64,000 nucleotides of DNA from Acidobacteriota bacterium (GCA_963666055.2 CAXWPH010000012.1:320001-384000); one strand, 5' to 3'; numbered from the stretch's first letter, positions 9,005-18,501 are shown. Translations and numbers: made by a program. The notes: generated from the sequence alone by a model not told the origin.

Positions 9005-11022
9005 GTGCGCCTCGCGGCGGCCGGCCAACGATGCGATCCGTCATGCTGTGGAGCGTTCTGCTGGTCGTGTCGACGAGCAGCGCCTGCGGCAGCAGCTCGA
9101 GATCAGACGGACCGAACGTCATCGTGCTGGGGATAGACGGCCTCGACTACACCCTGACGCGGGAGCTTATCGACGCCGGCCGCTTGCCGAACTTCAAGCG
9201 GCTGGCGGACTCGGGCGCCTTCGGGCCTCTGGAAACGTCGCTGACTCCGCAGAGTCCGGTGGCCTGGTCGAACTTCATTACCGGCATGGACTCCGGCGGC
9301 CATGGGATCTACGACTTCCTGCATCGTGACCTGGAGCGTGATCCGCCGCTGCCCTTCGGTTGGCCCTATCAGGCGATGACCAAGGAGACTCCGGTGGGCC
9401 GGTCGCTCACGCTTGGCGGCTGGTCCTTCCCTCTCAGCGGCGGCGACATCCAACTGGCGCGATACGGCACACCGTTCTGGCAATTGCTCACCGACAACGG
9501 TATCGACAGCACTCTCATACGCATGCCCGCCAACTTTCCGCCCGTCGGCGCCGGTACCCGCGAGCTCTCGGGCATGGGGACCCCGGACCTCGGCGGCACG
9601 CCCGGTGAGTTCACGTTCTTCTCCACCGATCGCCGCCAATTCATGAAGACCGACGTATCGGGCGGGCATATCTACCCCGCCGACATCATCGATGGCGTGT
9701 TCAACGGAACCCTGTACGCCCTCACCGACAATCCCTTCACGCTGGAAGAGGGCGATGCGGTCGCAGCCGACTTCGAGGTATTCATCGATCCCGATAACCC
9801 CGTTGCAAAGATCGTAATCAACGACCAAGAGCTCATCCTGCAGGAAGGCGAGTGGAGCCCTTGGGTAAGTGCCGACTTTGATCTCGTGCCTTACGTAATG
9901 TCGATATCGGGCTCGGTGCGCTTCTACCTCAAGTCGGTACGTCCGGACTTCGGGCTTTACATCACGCCGATTCAGATCGATCCTCTCAACCCCGGGTCGG
10001 CAATCTCGCACCCGGACTCGTTCGCCACCGAGCTGGGCAACGCCACCGGCCGCTACTACACACAGGAGATGCCACAGGACACCAAGGCGCTCCAGTGGGG
10101 CGTCTTCGACCTCGACGAGTACCTGACGCAGGTCACGCTCACTCGCGCCGAGACGACGGCGCAGTACAAGTATCTCCTCGAGAACTGGACCGGCGGCTTT
10201 CTGTTCTCCTATTTCGGGAGCGCCGACCAAATCTCGCATGTCATGTGGGGCTTGACGCGCGACCCCGAGCACCCTGCATACGTGGCCGAGAGTCACGACC
10301 AATACCGTGACGTCATTCCGAGCTTGTACGAGGAGTTCGACGCGCTGGTCGGCTACACGCTGGATCGCATCGCCGACGATACCCTGTTGGTCGTCATGTC
10401 GGACCACGGGTTTGGCAGCTGGCGCCGATCGTTCAACCTCAATACGTGGCTGCACGATAACGGCTATATGGCACTGCAGCGTCGCACGCGCCTACCGATT
10501 CGGGAGTTCTTCGCCGGCGTCGACTGGGACGCCACTCAGGCGTACAGCGTCGGCATCAGCGCCCTGTACTTGAACATGCGCGGCCGTGAGCCGCAGGGCT
10601 TGGTGGCGCCCGGCGACCGCGACGAGTTACTCCTTCAGCTCGAACAAGATTTGTTGGCGACCGTGGACCCGGCCACCGGTGAGCCGGCCATCACCCGGGT
10701 GTTCATTCGTGAACGCGATTTCCACGACCGCGGCCACTTAGAGATAGGGCCCGACATCATCGTCGGCTACGCACCGCATGTGCGCGGTTCTGGCAACGGC
10801 GCTCTCGGCGGGCTGGCAGCGGAGTTCATTGTCGACAACACCGCCGATTGGTCAGGCGACCACATCTGGGACCCGACGGCGGTTCCGGGTGTGCTGCTGA
10901 CCAACCGCGCGCTGATACGGCCGGCGTCGTCGCTGCAGAACCTGGCAGCATCTCTGCTCGCCGAGTACGGCATCGACGGCTTCCGGGACGGCAGCACCCC
11001 AGTCACGGTTGAGACAAATTGA
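9001..11022 (+). CDS. AlkP-superfamily enzyme, probable lipoprotein (start may be ATG 9031)
   Basis: Signal peptide with SSAC lipobox-like site; LGIDG, PQSPVAWSNFITG, ADQISH, MSDHGF, WSGDH; paralogous to the preceding gene. Confidence 0.82.
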   Translation: MSAPRGGRPTMRSVMLWSVLLVVSTSSACGSSSRSDGPNVIVLGIDGLDYTLTRELIDAGRLPNFKRLADSGAFGPLETSLTPQSPVAWSNFITGMDSGGHGIYDFLHRDLERDPPLPFGWPYQAMTKETPVGRSLTLGGWSFPLSGGDIQLARYGTPFWQLLTDNGIDSTLIRMPANFPPVGAGTRELSGMGTPDLGGTPGEFTFFSTDRRQFMKTDVSGGHIYPADIIDGVFNGTLYALTDNPFTLEEGDAVAADFEVFIDPDNPVAKIVINDQELILQEGEWSPWVSADFDLVPYVMSISGSVRFYLKSVRPDFGLYITPIQIDPLNPGSAISHPDSFATELGNATGRYYTQEMPQDTKALQWGVFDLDEYLTQVTLTRAETTAQYKYLLENWTGGFLFSYFGSADQISHVMWGLTRDPEHPAYVAESHDQYRDVIPSLYEEFDALVGYTLDRIADDTLLVVMSDHGFGSWRRSFNLNTWLHDNGYMALQRRTRLPIREFFAGVDWDATQAYSVGISALYLNMRGREPQGLVAPGDRDELLLQLEQDLLATVDPATGEPAITRVFIRERDFHDRGHLEIGPDIIVGYAPHVRGSGNGALGGLAAEFIVDNTADWSGDHIWDPTAVPGVLLTNRALIRPASSLQNLAASLLAEYGIDGFRDGSTPVTVETN

Positions 11023-11033
11023 CGGTGCAGGCG

Positions 11034-11097
11034 CTAGCTGGCCATGGTGAGAGCGTGGTGGGTCTGGCAAGTGGCACTTGCGGGCAGGGGCAAGAAG
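11034..11097 (+). repeat. Degenerate left-end remnant of the 271-bp MITE-like repeat
   Basis: CTAG-CTGGCCATGGTGAGAGCGTGGTGGGTCTGGC...CTTGCG...GGCAAGAAG aligns with the first ~60 nt of the full copies. Confidence 0.6.
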
Positions 11098-11125
11098 CAA
11101 CGACAACGCTAACAGGAGACGAAGG

Positions 11126-11320
11126 ATGTTCGGAGGCGGCAAGATCAAATTGGACAGTGGCCTACTGAACCGTGTCAGGAAGTATGCGGACATAGCCGGC
11201 TACTCCTCGGTCGAGGAGTTCATTACCTATGCGCTCGAGAAGGAGCTCGCCGTCCTCGAGGAGGCCGACTCCGAGGAAGAGATCCGCAAGAAGCTCCAGG
11301 GGCTCGGCTACATTTCCTGA
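11126..11320 (+). CDS. Second small RHH-like protein with C-terminal LxxLGYI tail
   Basis: KIKLDSGLLNRVRKYADIAGYSSVEEFITYALEKEL...EEEIRKKLQGLGYIS; paralog of 3513..3731; AGGAG SD upstream. Confidence 0.75.
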   Translation: MFGGGKIKLDSGLLNRVRKYADIAGYSSVEEFITYALEKELAVLEEADSEEEIRKKLQGLGYIS

Positions 11321-11341
11321 CCTGACAACGAGCACATCACG

Positions 11342-12181
11342 ATGAACGCCATTCTCGGCGCTGTGAACGGGCTGCTGCGCCCCCTGTTCGACCTGATGCT
11401 GCTGCCCTTTCGGCAGCTACACCCGATGATCGGGCTGACCATCGTGTCGCTGGGGTGCGCGGTGCTCATGCTGCTCGGATACCGCGCCACCTCCAATCAG
11501 CCGGCGGTTGAGCGCGTCAAACGCAGGATCGCCGCCGGCCTGTTCGAGATCCGCCTGTTCAACGACGACATCTTGGCGATCCTACGTGCTCAGGGCGGCA
11601 TCCTGCGCAATAACATGACCTATCTCGGCCTGAACCTGGTGCCGATGGTGTTCATGATGCTGCCGTTTGTCCTGGTCATTGCCCAGCTGCAGTTCCACTA
11701 CGGATATCGAGGCCTGACGGTTGGCGAGCCGACCGTTCTGCAGGTCAGCCTCGGGGACGGACTAGCCGCCAGCAGCGCGCCAGAGGCCGAGGTCACCTTG
11801 CCCGCGGGCCTACGGCTCGACAGCCCGCGGGTGTGGATGCCGGCGCGAAATCAGCTCGCCTGGCGGATCGTCGCCGACAGCCCAGGTGACTTCGAGGTGC
11901 AGATCGAAACCGCCGGCCAACGCGTCACCAAGCGGATCGTGGTATCCGACGCTGTCGTGCGTCGATCGCCCTATAGGCTGAAGCCCGGTTTCGTGAACAC
12001 GCTGCTGTACCCGGCCGAGCCCTCCCTGCCCAGCGACGGGATCGTCATCGAGATCAAGGTCAACTACCCGACACGCGCTGTCGGTCTTTTTGGTTTCGAG
12101 ACCGACTGGCTGATCGTCTTTTTCCTCTTGACGATGTCCCTCGCCTTCGCTCTCAAGGGCCGCTTCGGTGTAACCATCTAG
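11342..12181 (+). CDS. Membrane protein, EMC3/TMCO1/DUF106-like architecture with a soluble beta-rich insert
   Basis: Amphipathic helix-TM1-coiled hairpin (SNQPAVERVKRRI...)-Met-rich TM2 (LVPMVFMMLPF)-insert-DWLIVFFLLTM TM3. Confidence 0.55.
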   Translation: MNAILGAVNGLLRPLFDLMLLPFRQLHPMIGLTIVSLGCAVLMLLGYRATSNQPAVERVKRRIAAGLFEIRLFNDDILAILRAQGGILRNNMTYLGLNLVPMVFMMLPFVLVIAQLQFHYGYRGLTVGEPTVLQVSLGDGLAASSAPEAEVTLPAGLRLDSPRVWMPARNQLAWRIVADSPGDFEVQIETAGQRVTKRIVVSDAVVRRSPYRLKPGFVNTLLYPAEPSLPSDGIVIEIKVNYPTRAVGLFGFETDWLIVFFLLTMSLAFALKGRFGVTI

Positions 12182-12189
12182 TGGCCTGC

Positions 12190-13605
12190 CTACTGCAGGT
12201 AGCCGAGGTCGCGCAAGCGCGCGATGTCTTCCGGCGATACGGTCCGCGCCTGGCGTTCGCTCGGCATGTTCTCTAACAGAGTAGCCAGCACGTCGCGCAT
12301 CTGATCGCGCCGATCGGCGAGCTCTGGCGCGGCGATCAAGTTGACAAGCTCGTACGGGTCACTGCGCAGGTCATAGAACTCGTCGTCGCCCTCTTCGTAG
12401 AGAAGGTACTTGTACTCGATGTCCTGGACCGCGTACCGCTCGCCGGGCTCGTAGTTGCCGCGCTGCTGCCGCCGCATCGAGGCGTCCTCGTAATAGCTGC
12501 GCTCGGCGAAGGCAAACCATCCGGCATCGCGTGGTCGGCCACCGCCCAGATACTGCGTGAGAGATCGGCCCTGCGTGGGCATGATCTGGTTTGGGGTCAG
12601 CTCAAAGATCGCCGCCACCGTCGGCAATACGTCGACATGTTGAACGACGCGCTGGTGTACGCGAATCCCCACCGCGCCGTCAGCGCTCCAGAACAGCAGC
12701 GGTACCCAGAGCTGGGCGTTGTAGATCTGCTTGGAATGCCCGAACCAATCATGAGCGCCGAGTCCCTGACCATGATCCGAGGTGACAATCCAGAGGGCCT
12801 CGTCGTTGAGACCGGTGGCGTCGAAGTGCGCAAACAAGCGCGCCAGCTGCCGGTCCGCATACATGATCTCGGCGTCATAAGCGGCCACATCGTTGCGCAC
12901 GACGCTATCCTCGTCGACGGCCGGAATGCCACGGCTTGCCAGCAGATCACGATACGCCTGCTCGCCATACTCGGCGATCATGCCCTCGACCTCCTCGAGA
13001 ACCTCGTACGGCGGCTGAAGCGGCTTGTGGGGGTCGTACACATGGACCCAGAGAAAGAACCTCTCTCGACCGTCAGCGACCGCCTCGTCGACCCAGGCCA
13101 ATGCACGATCGACAGTGTCGCCCGCGGCGCGGTACAGCTTGCGCCCCCCCTCCGTCTGGCGATCGACCCGATGCTGATCCCAAACCTCGAAACCCTGCCC
13201 AACGTTGCCCCCCAGCGCCGCGTCCGTGCTCACGAACGCCGCCGTCGTGTACCCCGCTGCACCTAGTAGCTCTGCCATCGTCTCGAACTCCTCGTCGAGA
13301 ACCAGACCGTTGTTCTGAACGCGGTGTTGCACTGGATACAGCGACGTGAACAGCGACGCATGCGAAGGCTTCGTGGTCGCGGAATGCGCATAGGCGCGCG
13401 TGAACAGCGTCCCTTCCGCAGCCAGTCGATCCAGGAACGGCGTCGTGGCGATGGGATAACCAAAGCTCGACATGTGGTCGGCGCGCAAGGTATCGACAGT
13501 GATCAGCACCAGTCGCTGCGGTACCGCCATCTCCGGAGTGCTCGCCGAGCAGGCTGCAACCAATCCCGCCAGCGCCATGGTTGCCGCCACGGCCACCCTT
13601 GTCAT
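12190..13605 (-). CDS. Sulfatase-like hydrolase/transferase lipoprotein (no FGly motif) with LxxLGYL tail
   Basis: LVAAC lipobox; ITVDTLRADH, TTKPSHASLFT, HVYDPH, TSDHG, VDVLPT, EFYDLRSDPYE; ends IARLRDLGYLQ. Confidence 0.88.
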   Translation of the reverse strand: MTRVAVAATMALAGLVAACSASTPEMAVPQRLVLITVDTLRADHMSSFGYPIATTPFLDRLAAEGTLFTRAYAHSATTKPSHASLFTSLYPVQHRVQNNGLVLDEEFETMAELLGAAGYTTAAFVSTDAALGGNVGQGFEVWDQHRVDRQTEGGRKLYRAAGDTVDRALAWVDEAVADGRERFFLWVHVYDPHKPLQPPYEVLEEVEGMIAEYGEQAYRDLLASRGIPAVDEDSVVRNDVAAYDAEIMYADRQLARLFAHFDATGLNDEALWIVTSDHGQGLGAHDWFGHSKQIYNAQLWVPLLFWSADGAVGIRVHQRVVQHVDVLPTVAAIFELTPNQIMPTQGRSLTQYLGGGRPRDAGWFAFAERSYYEDASMRRQQRGNYEPGERYAVQDIEYKYLLYEEGDDEFYDLRSDPYELVNLIAAPELADRRDQMRDVLATLLENMPSERQARTVSPEDIARLRDLGYLQ

Positions 13606-14342
13606 TCCCCGTCCTCACCCAAGCTCATCGACTCACCGGAGTTGAGATAGCCATACAGCACCGCCGCAACCACGCCGCCGAGCAGCGGCCCCAGCCAGTA
13701 TACCTAGTGAGAAGTCCAGTACCCGGCCGCGAGCGCCGGCCCGAAGGCGCGCGCCGGGTTGAGCGCGGCGCCCGTCAAGGGACCGCCGACAAGCACGGCG
13801 GCGCCCAGCGTGGCACCGATGACCAAGCCGTGCACATGCTGCGGAGCGCGCCGGGCAGCCGCCATCTGCAGGACTACGAACACCAGCACGAGCGTCAGGA
13901 TCATCTCCAGGAAAACGCCCGTCCCGACCTCCACGCCGGGTCCCAGCGCCGGCGCGCCAAGGTGCACAGGCTGCCACACGTCGGCGCCGAAAGTCGCTGC
14001 CAGCATCAGGCCGGCAACGAGCGCTCCCATTAACTGGGCCGCGAAGTAAGCGTAGGCCCGCGACGGATCGATCGCTCGCACGAGCAGCGCCCCCAACGTT
14101 ACCGCCGGATTGACGTGCGCCCCGGACACGTGTCCGAGCGAGCTGACGATGGCCGCCAACGTCAGCCCCTGAGCCAACGCTATCCCCACGATGCCGACCT
14201 CGCCGCCACTGTAGGAGTCGGTACAGATCGCCGCCGCCGCCATGAATGTGAGGACGAACGTCCCAACACCCTCCGAGACCACGCACACGGCGAGCTCGCG
14301 GCTCATCCGAGCCCCGAGCAGGCGGCGCCAGCTCACCTCCAT
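13602..14342 (-). pseudogene. MIP-family aquaporin interrupted by an in-frame TAG at 13704-13706
   Basis: SGAHVNPAVT and ALNPARAFGP; frame continues H-[TAG]-VYWLGPLLGGVVAAVLY to TGA 13602-13604 overlapping the next start. Confidence 0.8.
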
Positions 14343-14362
14343 CTGCTCAACCCTCGCAAGGA

Positions 14363-15655
14363 TCAGCGGGTGCCGCTGACAACGATCGACATGGCGGGAC
14401 CTGGTAGCTCCACCCGTGTGCCGTCGGCATAAAGGGCCGCGGCGCCGTCGCCGCTAATCTCGAGCGCCGCCGGCCGGCCTTCGTACACGGAGGCGAGCAT
14501 GCCAGTGTCGATCATGAACAGCCGGCCGTCGAACCTAGAGACAATGCCGTCGGCCTGCGGCGTGTGCCCGATGACCATCGCCCGCACCTCCAGGGCGCCG
14601 AGAAGCGCCTCGAGCACCGCGGCGTGATCCGGATCCGACAAGGTTGCCAAGCCGCGAAACCAAAGAGGGCCGCGCTCGGCCAACACGTACCACCGCTGAA
14701 TGCGAAAGAGCGACTCATACCAGGCCCTCTTGTCGGCCTCAGAGTCGCCACTCGCACTCGAAAGCTCCGGCAGACCTGTTTTGGCCCGGTCGAGCCACTC
14801 GAGCCCACCGGTCTGCTGCGTCGCGCCCCGGATAACTTCCCTCAACTCCCCGAACGAGGTCACCAGACGAGCCCCGATCAGCGCCTCCCTATACGCGTCA
14901 AGGGCGACAATCTCGTCGGCAACCCGCTGATTCAGAGACTCGAGCCCTCGGGCGGAGTGCTCGGGCGCCACACCAGCGTGCATGAAGGCAATGCCGTCGA
15001 TCGTGGCAGACAATGGCAGGGTCCTGAGCCAGGCGCCGTAGGATCCACCCGGTCCAACGGCGCGCACGTACGCAATGCGTTCGGCCGACGTGTTCTCCTG
15101 CCAGCTGTTGCGCAGATCGCGGCGCCGCCGGGACGACATCCGACCGGTCGACGTTGACTCGATTACGCGCTGCAGCTCGTCCCAGGCGCTATCGAGAACG
15201 TCGTCCGCATCGTCGTCGAAAAACTGCGCCATCTGCTCGTCGGTCGCGTCGCGAAACTCGCCGATCAGGTTCATGACCTCGTGGTTGCCGAGCAACACGA
15301 CCACCTCGCCACCTGAGTCGGGCGCCTCCCCTTGCAGCCGCATCAACAGGTCCATCACCTGGCGGACGGCGGCGCCGCGGTCCATGAAGTCGCCCGTCTG
15401 AACGAACACGGTGTCGCCGCCACTCCACTTCAAATCAGCATCGATGATGCCAGCAACCCGGAGCACCGAGACCAACTCGTCGTAGGCACCGTGGATGTCG
15501 CCCACCGCGATGATGCGACGCGACTCGGTCTCGTAGCCGGCAATCGGAGCCGTGGTTTGGGGCGCCGGGCTCGTACCCAACGCTGGCGTCAGCAGCATCG
15601 CGAAGCCGAGAGCCAGAGCGATGGTCGTAGTTCGCGTCAGCATCATTCGGGGCAT
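14363..15655 (-). CDS. Secreted calcineurin-like metallophosphoesterase (Shewanella-like phosphatase type)
   Basis: Signal peptide; GDIHG, GDFMDRG, GNHE, HAG, GPLWFRG, GHT, IDTG. Confidence 0.88.
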   Translation of the reverse strand: MPRMMLTRTTTIALALGFAMLLTPALGTSPAPQTTAPIAGYETESRRIIAVGDIHGAYDELVSVLRVAGIIDADLKWSGGDTVFVQTGDFMDRGAAVRQVMDLLMRLQGEAPDSGGEVVVLLGNHEVMNLIGEFRDATDEQMAQFFDDDADDVLDSAWDELQRVIESTSTGRMSSRRRRDLRNSWQENTSAERIAYVRAVGPGGSYGAWLRTLPLSATIDGIAFMHAGVAPEHSARGLESLNQRVADEIVALDAYREALIGARLVTSFGELREVIRGATQQTGGLEWLDRAKTGLPELSSASGDSEADKRAWYESLFRIQRWYVLAERGPLWFRGLATLSDPDHAAVLEALLGALEVRAMVIGHTPQADGIVSRFDGRLFMIDTGMLASVYEGRPAALEISGDGAAALYADGTRVELPGPAMSIVVSGTR

Positions 15656-15838
15656 GGGATCGAACTCCTACACAGGGGCCACAGGACCGGATTTCCAGAA
15701 TTGATGATACGCCGATTCACCCGCACGAACCGGTGTCTCCGGCCGACCGATCGCCACCGGCGACCGCTCGGTGGTCAGCTCGTACCGACCGCGATCGGAG
15801 TGCCGAGGCATTGCTCGCCAAGCGGGTACCATGGCCCA

Positions 15839-16582
15839 GTGAACGCCCTGATTCAAATCGATGAGCTGGTAAAAGACTACGGTGGGCACCGAGCTGTCGA
15901 CGGGCTGTCGGTCACCGTGGCCAGCGGCGAGATACTCGGTCTCGTGGGGCCTAACGGCGCTGGCAAGACCACCACGCTGAGATGCCTGGCCGGAATTGTA
16001 CCGGCTACCTCCGGCCGGATCCGTATTGCCGGACACGATCTGACCCAAGCACCCGTCGAGGCGCGGCGAGGACTGGCCTTCGTTCCCGACGAGCCGCACT
16101 TGTTCGACCATCTAACGGTCTCCGATCACCTCGAGCTGTTCGCTCGTCTATACGACGTTGCCGAGAGCGCCTCGCGCGCCGAGAAGTTGCTGCGCGACAA
16201 CGCGCTGTGGGATCGCCGCCACGCCTTTCCCGGCGAGCTGTCGCGTGGCATGAAGCAGAAGCTCCTGCTGTCGTGCGCGTTGTTGCACTCGCCGAAGGTA
16301 CTGATCCTCGACGAGCCGCTCACCGGGCTCGACCCGGCGGCGATGCGCCGCACCAAGCGCACCATCACTGCCACGGCGGCGGCGGGCGCAGCGGTGCTGA
16401 TCTCGTCCCACATGCTGCACCTGGTAGAAGAGATCTGCGGGCGCATCCTGATCATCAACAACGGCCGCCGCGCCGTCGCCGGCACCCTCGACGAGATCCG
16501 CGCCGCGGTTCCCGATCTCTCAGGCGATGCCGACCTGGAAGAGATCTTCATGCGCGCCACCGGGCTAGATGACACGCCTTGA
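15839..16582 (+). CDS. ABC transporter ATP-binding protein
   Basis: GPNGAGKTT, LSRGMKQK, LILDEPLTGLD, SSH. Confidence 0.93.
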   Translation: MNALIQIDELVKDYGGHRAVDGLSVTVASGEILGLVGPNGAGKTTTLRCLAGIVPATSGRIRIAGHDLTQAPVEARRGLAFVPDEPHLFDHLTVSDHLELFARLYDVAESASRAEKLLRDNALWDRRHAFPGELSRGMKQKLLLSCALLHSPKVLILDEPLTGLDPAAMRRTKRTITATAAAGAAVLISSHMLHLVEEICGRILIINNGRRAVAGTLDEIRAAVPDLSGDADLEEIFMRATGLDDTP

Positions 16583-18501
16583 CGCGAGCGTTGCTCTTCC
16601 TGCTCGTGAGGTCCGCCCGCGGGCGCACCGTTCAAGCGCTGCGGCGCCTGCGCGAACCACGTTACCTGATCGGCTTCCTCATCGGCGCCGGATGGGCGGC
16701 GTTCTGGCTGTCGAGCCTGTTCGGGAGGTCGCCGGTGGGCTTCGACTTCTCGGGAGACGTGCAGTTCGGATTACCGGCCGAAGCAGTCGAGTCGCTCGCG
16801 GGCCCGCTCGGCAAAGCCCTACAGCTCAGCATCGCGCTGCTGCTTGCCGGCGGTGTCACCGTATGGTGGCTGGTGCCCTTCGGCAGGAACGCGCTGCAGT
16901 TCAGTGAATCCGAGCTACACCTGCTGCTGCCCGCCCCGCTGCTGCGCCGCCGGCTGATCCAGTACGGCGTTCTACGCAGTCAGCCTGGAGTGCTATTCGG
17001 GGTAGCGATTGTCACCTTCTTTTCGCGACCTCGTGAGATCGGCGCCGCCCTGACTACCTTCACAGCGGTCTGGATCTTCATGAGCATCTGGGATCTGCAC
17101 TCGAAGGGGCGGGGCCTGTGGCTAGCGCTACTGGCCGAGATGCCGCGCGGCGCCGCCTGGCGGCGACGGATCCTGGTATGGGCGGCACTGCTCATCCTGT
17201 GGGTCCTGCTGATTGCCGGTCTGAACGCGGTCTTTGTCGAGGTTCTCGCGACGCCCGCCACGCCGACAGAACTGAGCGGTGACGTCCTGGACAACCTGGT
17301 CGAGATGGCTTCCGTGCACGCAGACAATGCCTGGAGCGGCCCTCTAGGCTGGGCGCTGACCCCATTCCTGTGGCTCATCGCCCCCGTCTTTGCCGGCATC
17401 GGAGCAACGAACCCCATCCAGCTGCTGGCCACCTGGGCGATTCCGTTGCTGTTGTTGCTGGCGCACAACGAGTGGGTCGTGCGTGGGCAGGCGCGCTTCG
17501 AGGAGGCCGCCCTCGAACAGGCGAGGCGACGCGGCCGCGACGCCGACCCCGCCGCCCGTCTTTGGCGCCGATCGCAGCGTCGAAGGCAGTGGCAGCCGTT
17601 CCCTTTGACGCCGCGCAGCAGGCCCGAGATGGTCGTTGTTTGGAAGAACGTGATGCTCGTACAGCGGCTTCCGTTCAAGACGCTGTTCGCCGCCGGTGTG
17701 GCCTTGATCGTGCTGCTGATTGCCACCGCTCTGACCGGGCTGCTGCCGGCGCGATGGGTCGGCGTACTGCAGATCGGCGGCGCCGCGCTGATGATCTTTC
17801 CACCGGTGTTTCCCACCCGTACGCTACGCAACGACCTGCGCACCGATCTGCTCAAGCTCGAGATGATCCGACCCTGGCCGCTCGCTGGAGCGCGCATGTT
17901 CCTGGCTCAGGTAGCGGCACCATTCGTCTTGATAGCCATGCGCGTGGGTTTCGGCGCCCTGCTGCTGGTCAGCGTCGACACCGCCCTCGAGCTCGGCCTG
18001 ATCAACTTCGCCGGTGGCGCTGGGCTCGCCGAATCATCGGGACTCTGGGAGGCGGCCGGAAAAGCGGACCTGGCGACGGGGCTCGGTGTCTCGTCGCTGT
18101 TGCTCACACCTCTGGTCGTGCTGGGGGTGCTACCGCTGAGCCTGACGGTGGCGCTGCTTTCGATCGGCCTCGAAAACCTCGCGGCGCTAACATTCCCTGG
18201 CTGGGTACCGCTCGGCATGAAGAAGCAGGCGGCTTCCCAGTTTGGTCACAACCTGCTGGTGTTCATGGCGATATCCATGGCGCTGTTCTTCGGCCTCGCT
18301 CCGGGCGTGCTGGTGATCGGCGCCACACTGGCAACTCAGGTTTGGCTCTGGGGGATCCCGCTCAGCGCCTGGGAGCTGCCCGTGCTGGGGATCGCTGGCG
18401 CCATGCCGGTTCTCGCCATCGTTGTTGCGCTCGCCGGCGTTGGCGGTAGTCTCTGGGACCGGCTCGATCCTTCCGAAGAGATCCTCGCCGACAGTATCTG
18501 A
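16579..18501 (+). CDS. Putative ABC exporter permease
   Basis: Polytopic membrane protein overlapping the ATPase stop; F-x-x-x-E-x-x-x-L-x-PAP pattern. Confidence 0.7.
   Translation: MTRALLFLLVRSARGRTVQALRRLREPRYLIGFLIGAGWAAFWLSSLFGRSPVGFDFSGDVQFGLPAEAVESLAGPLGKALQLSIALLLAGGVTVWWLVPFGRNALQFSESELHLLLPAPLLRRRLIQYGVLRSQPGVLFGVAIVTFFSRPREIGAALTTFTAVWIFMSIWDLHSKGRGLWLALLAEMPRGAAWRRRILVWAALLILWVLLIAGLNAVFVEVLATPATPTELSGDVLDNLVEMASVHADNAWSGPLGWALTPFLWLIAPVFAGIGATNPIQLLATWAIPLLLLLAHNEWVVRGQARFEEAALEQARRRGRDADPAARLWRRSQRRRQWQPFPLTPRSRPEMVVVWKNVMLVQRLPFKTLFAAGVALIVLLIATALTGLLPARWVGVLQIGGAALMIFPPVFPTRTLRNDLRTDLLKLEMIRPWPLAGARMFLAQVAAPFVLIAMRVGFGALLLVSVDTALELGLINFAGGAGLAESSGLWEAAGKADLATGLGVSSLLLTPLVVLGVLPLSLTVALLSIGLENLAALTFPGWVPLGMKKQAASQFGHNLLVFMAISMALFFGLAPGVLVIGATLATQVWLWGIPLSAWELPVLGIAGAMPVLAIVVALAGVGGSLWDRLDPSEEILADSI

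Noticed and set aside
13704-13706. TAG recoding (pyrrolysine or alternative genetic code)
   Set aside because: Many genes here end normally in TAG (cysQ, dinB, hisF, permease) and the codon is one substitution from the expected TGG.
13602-14342. Aquaporin as the GlpF partner of glpK/glpD
   Set aside because: Second motif is NPARA rather than the NPARD typical of glycerol facilitators, and it lies in a separate, oppositely oriented operon.
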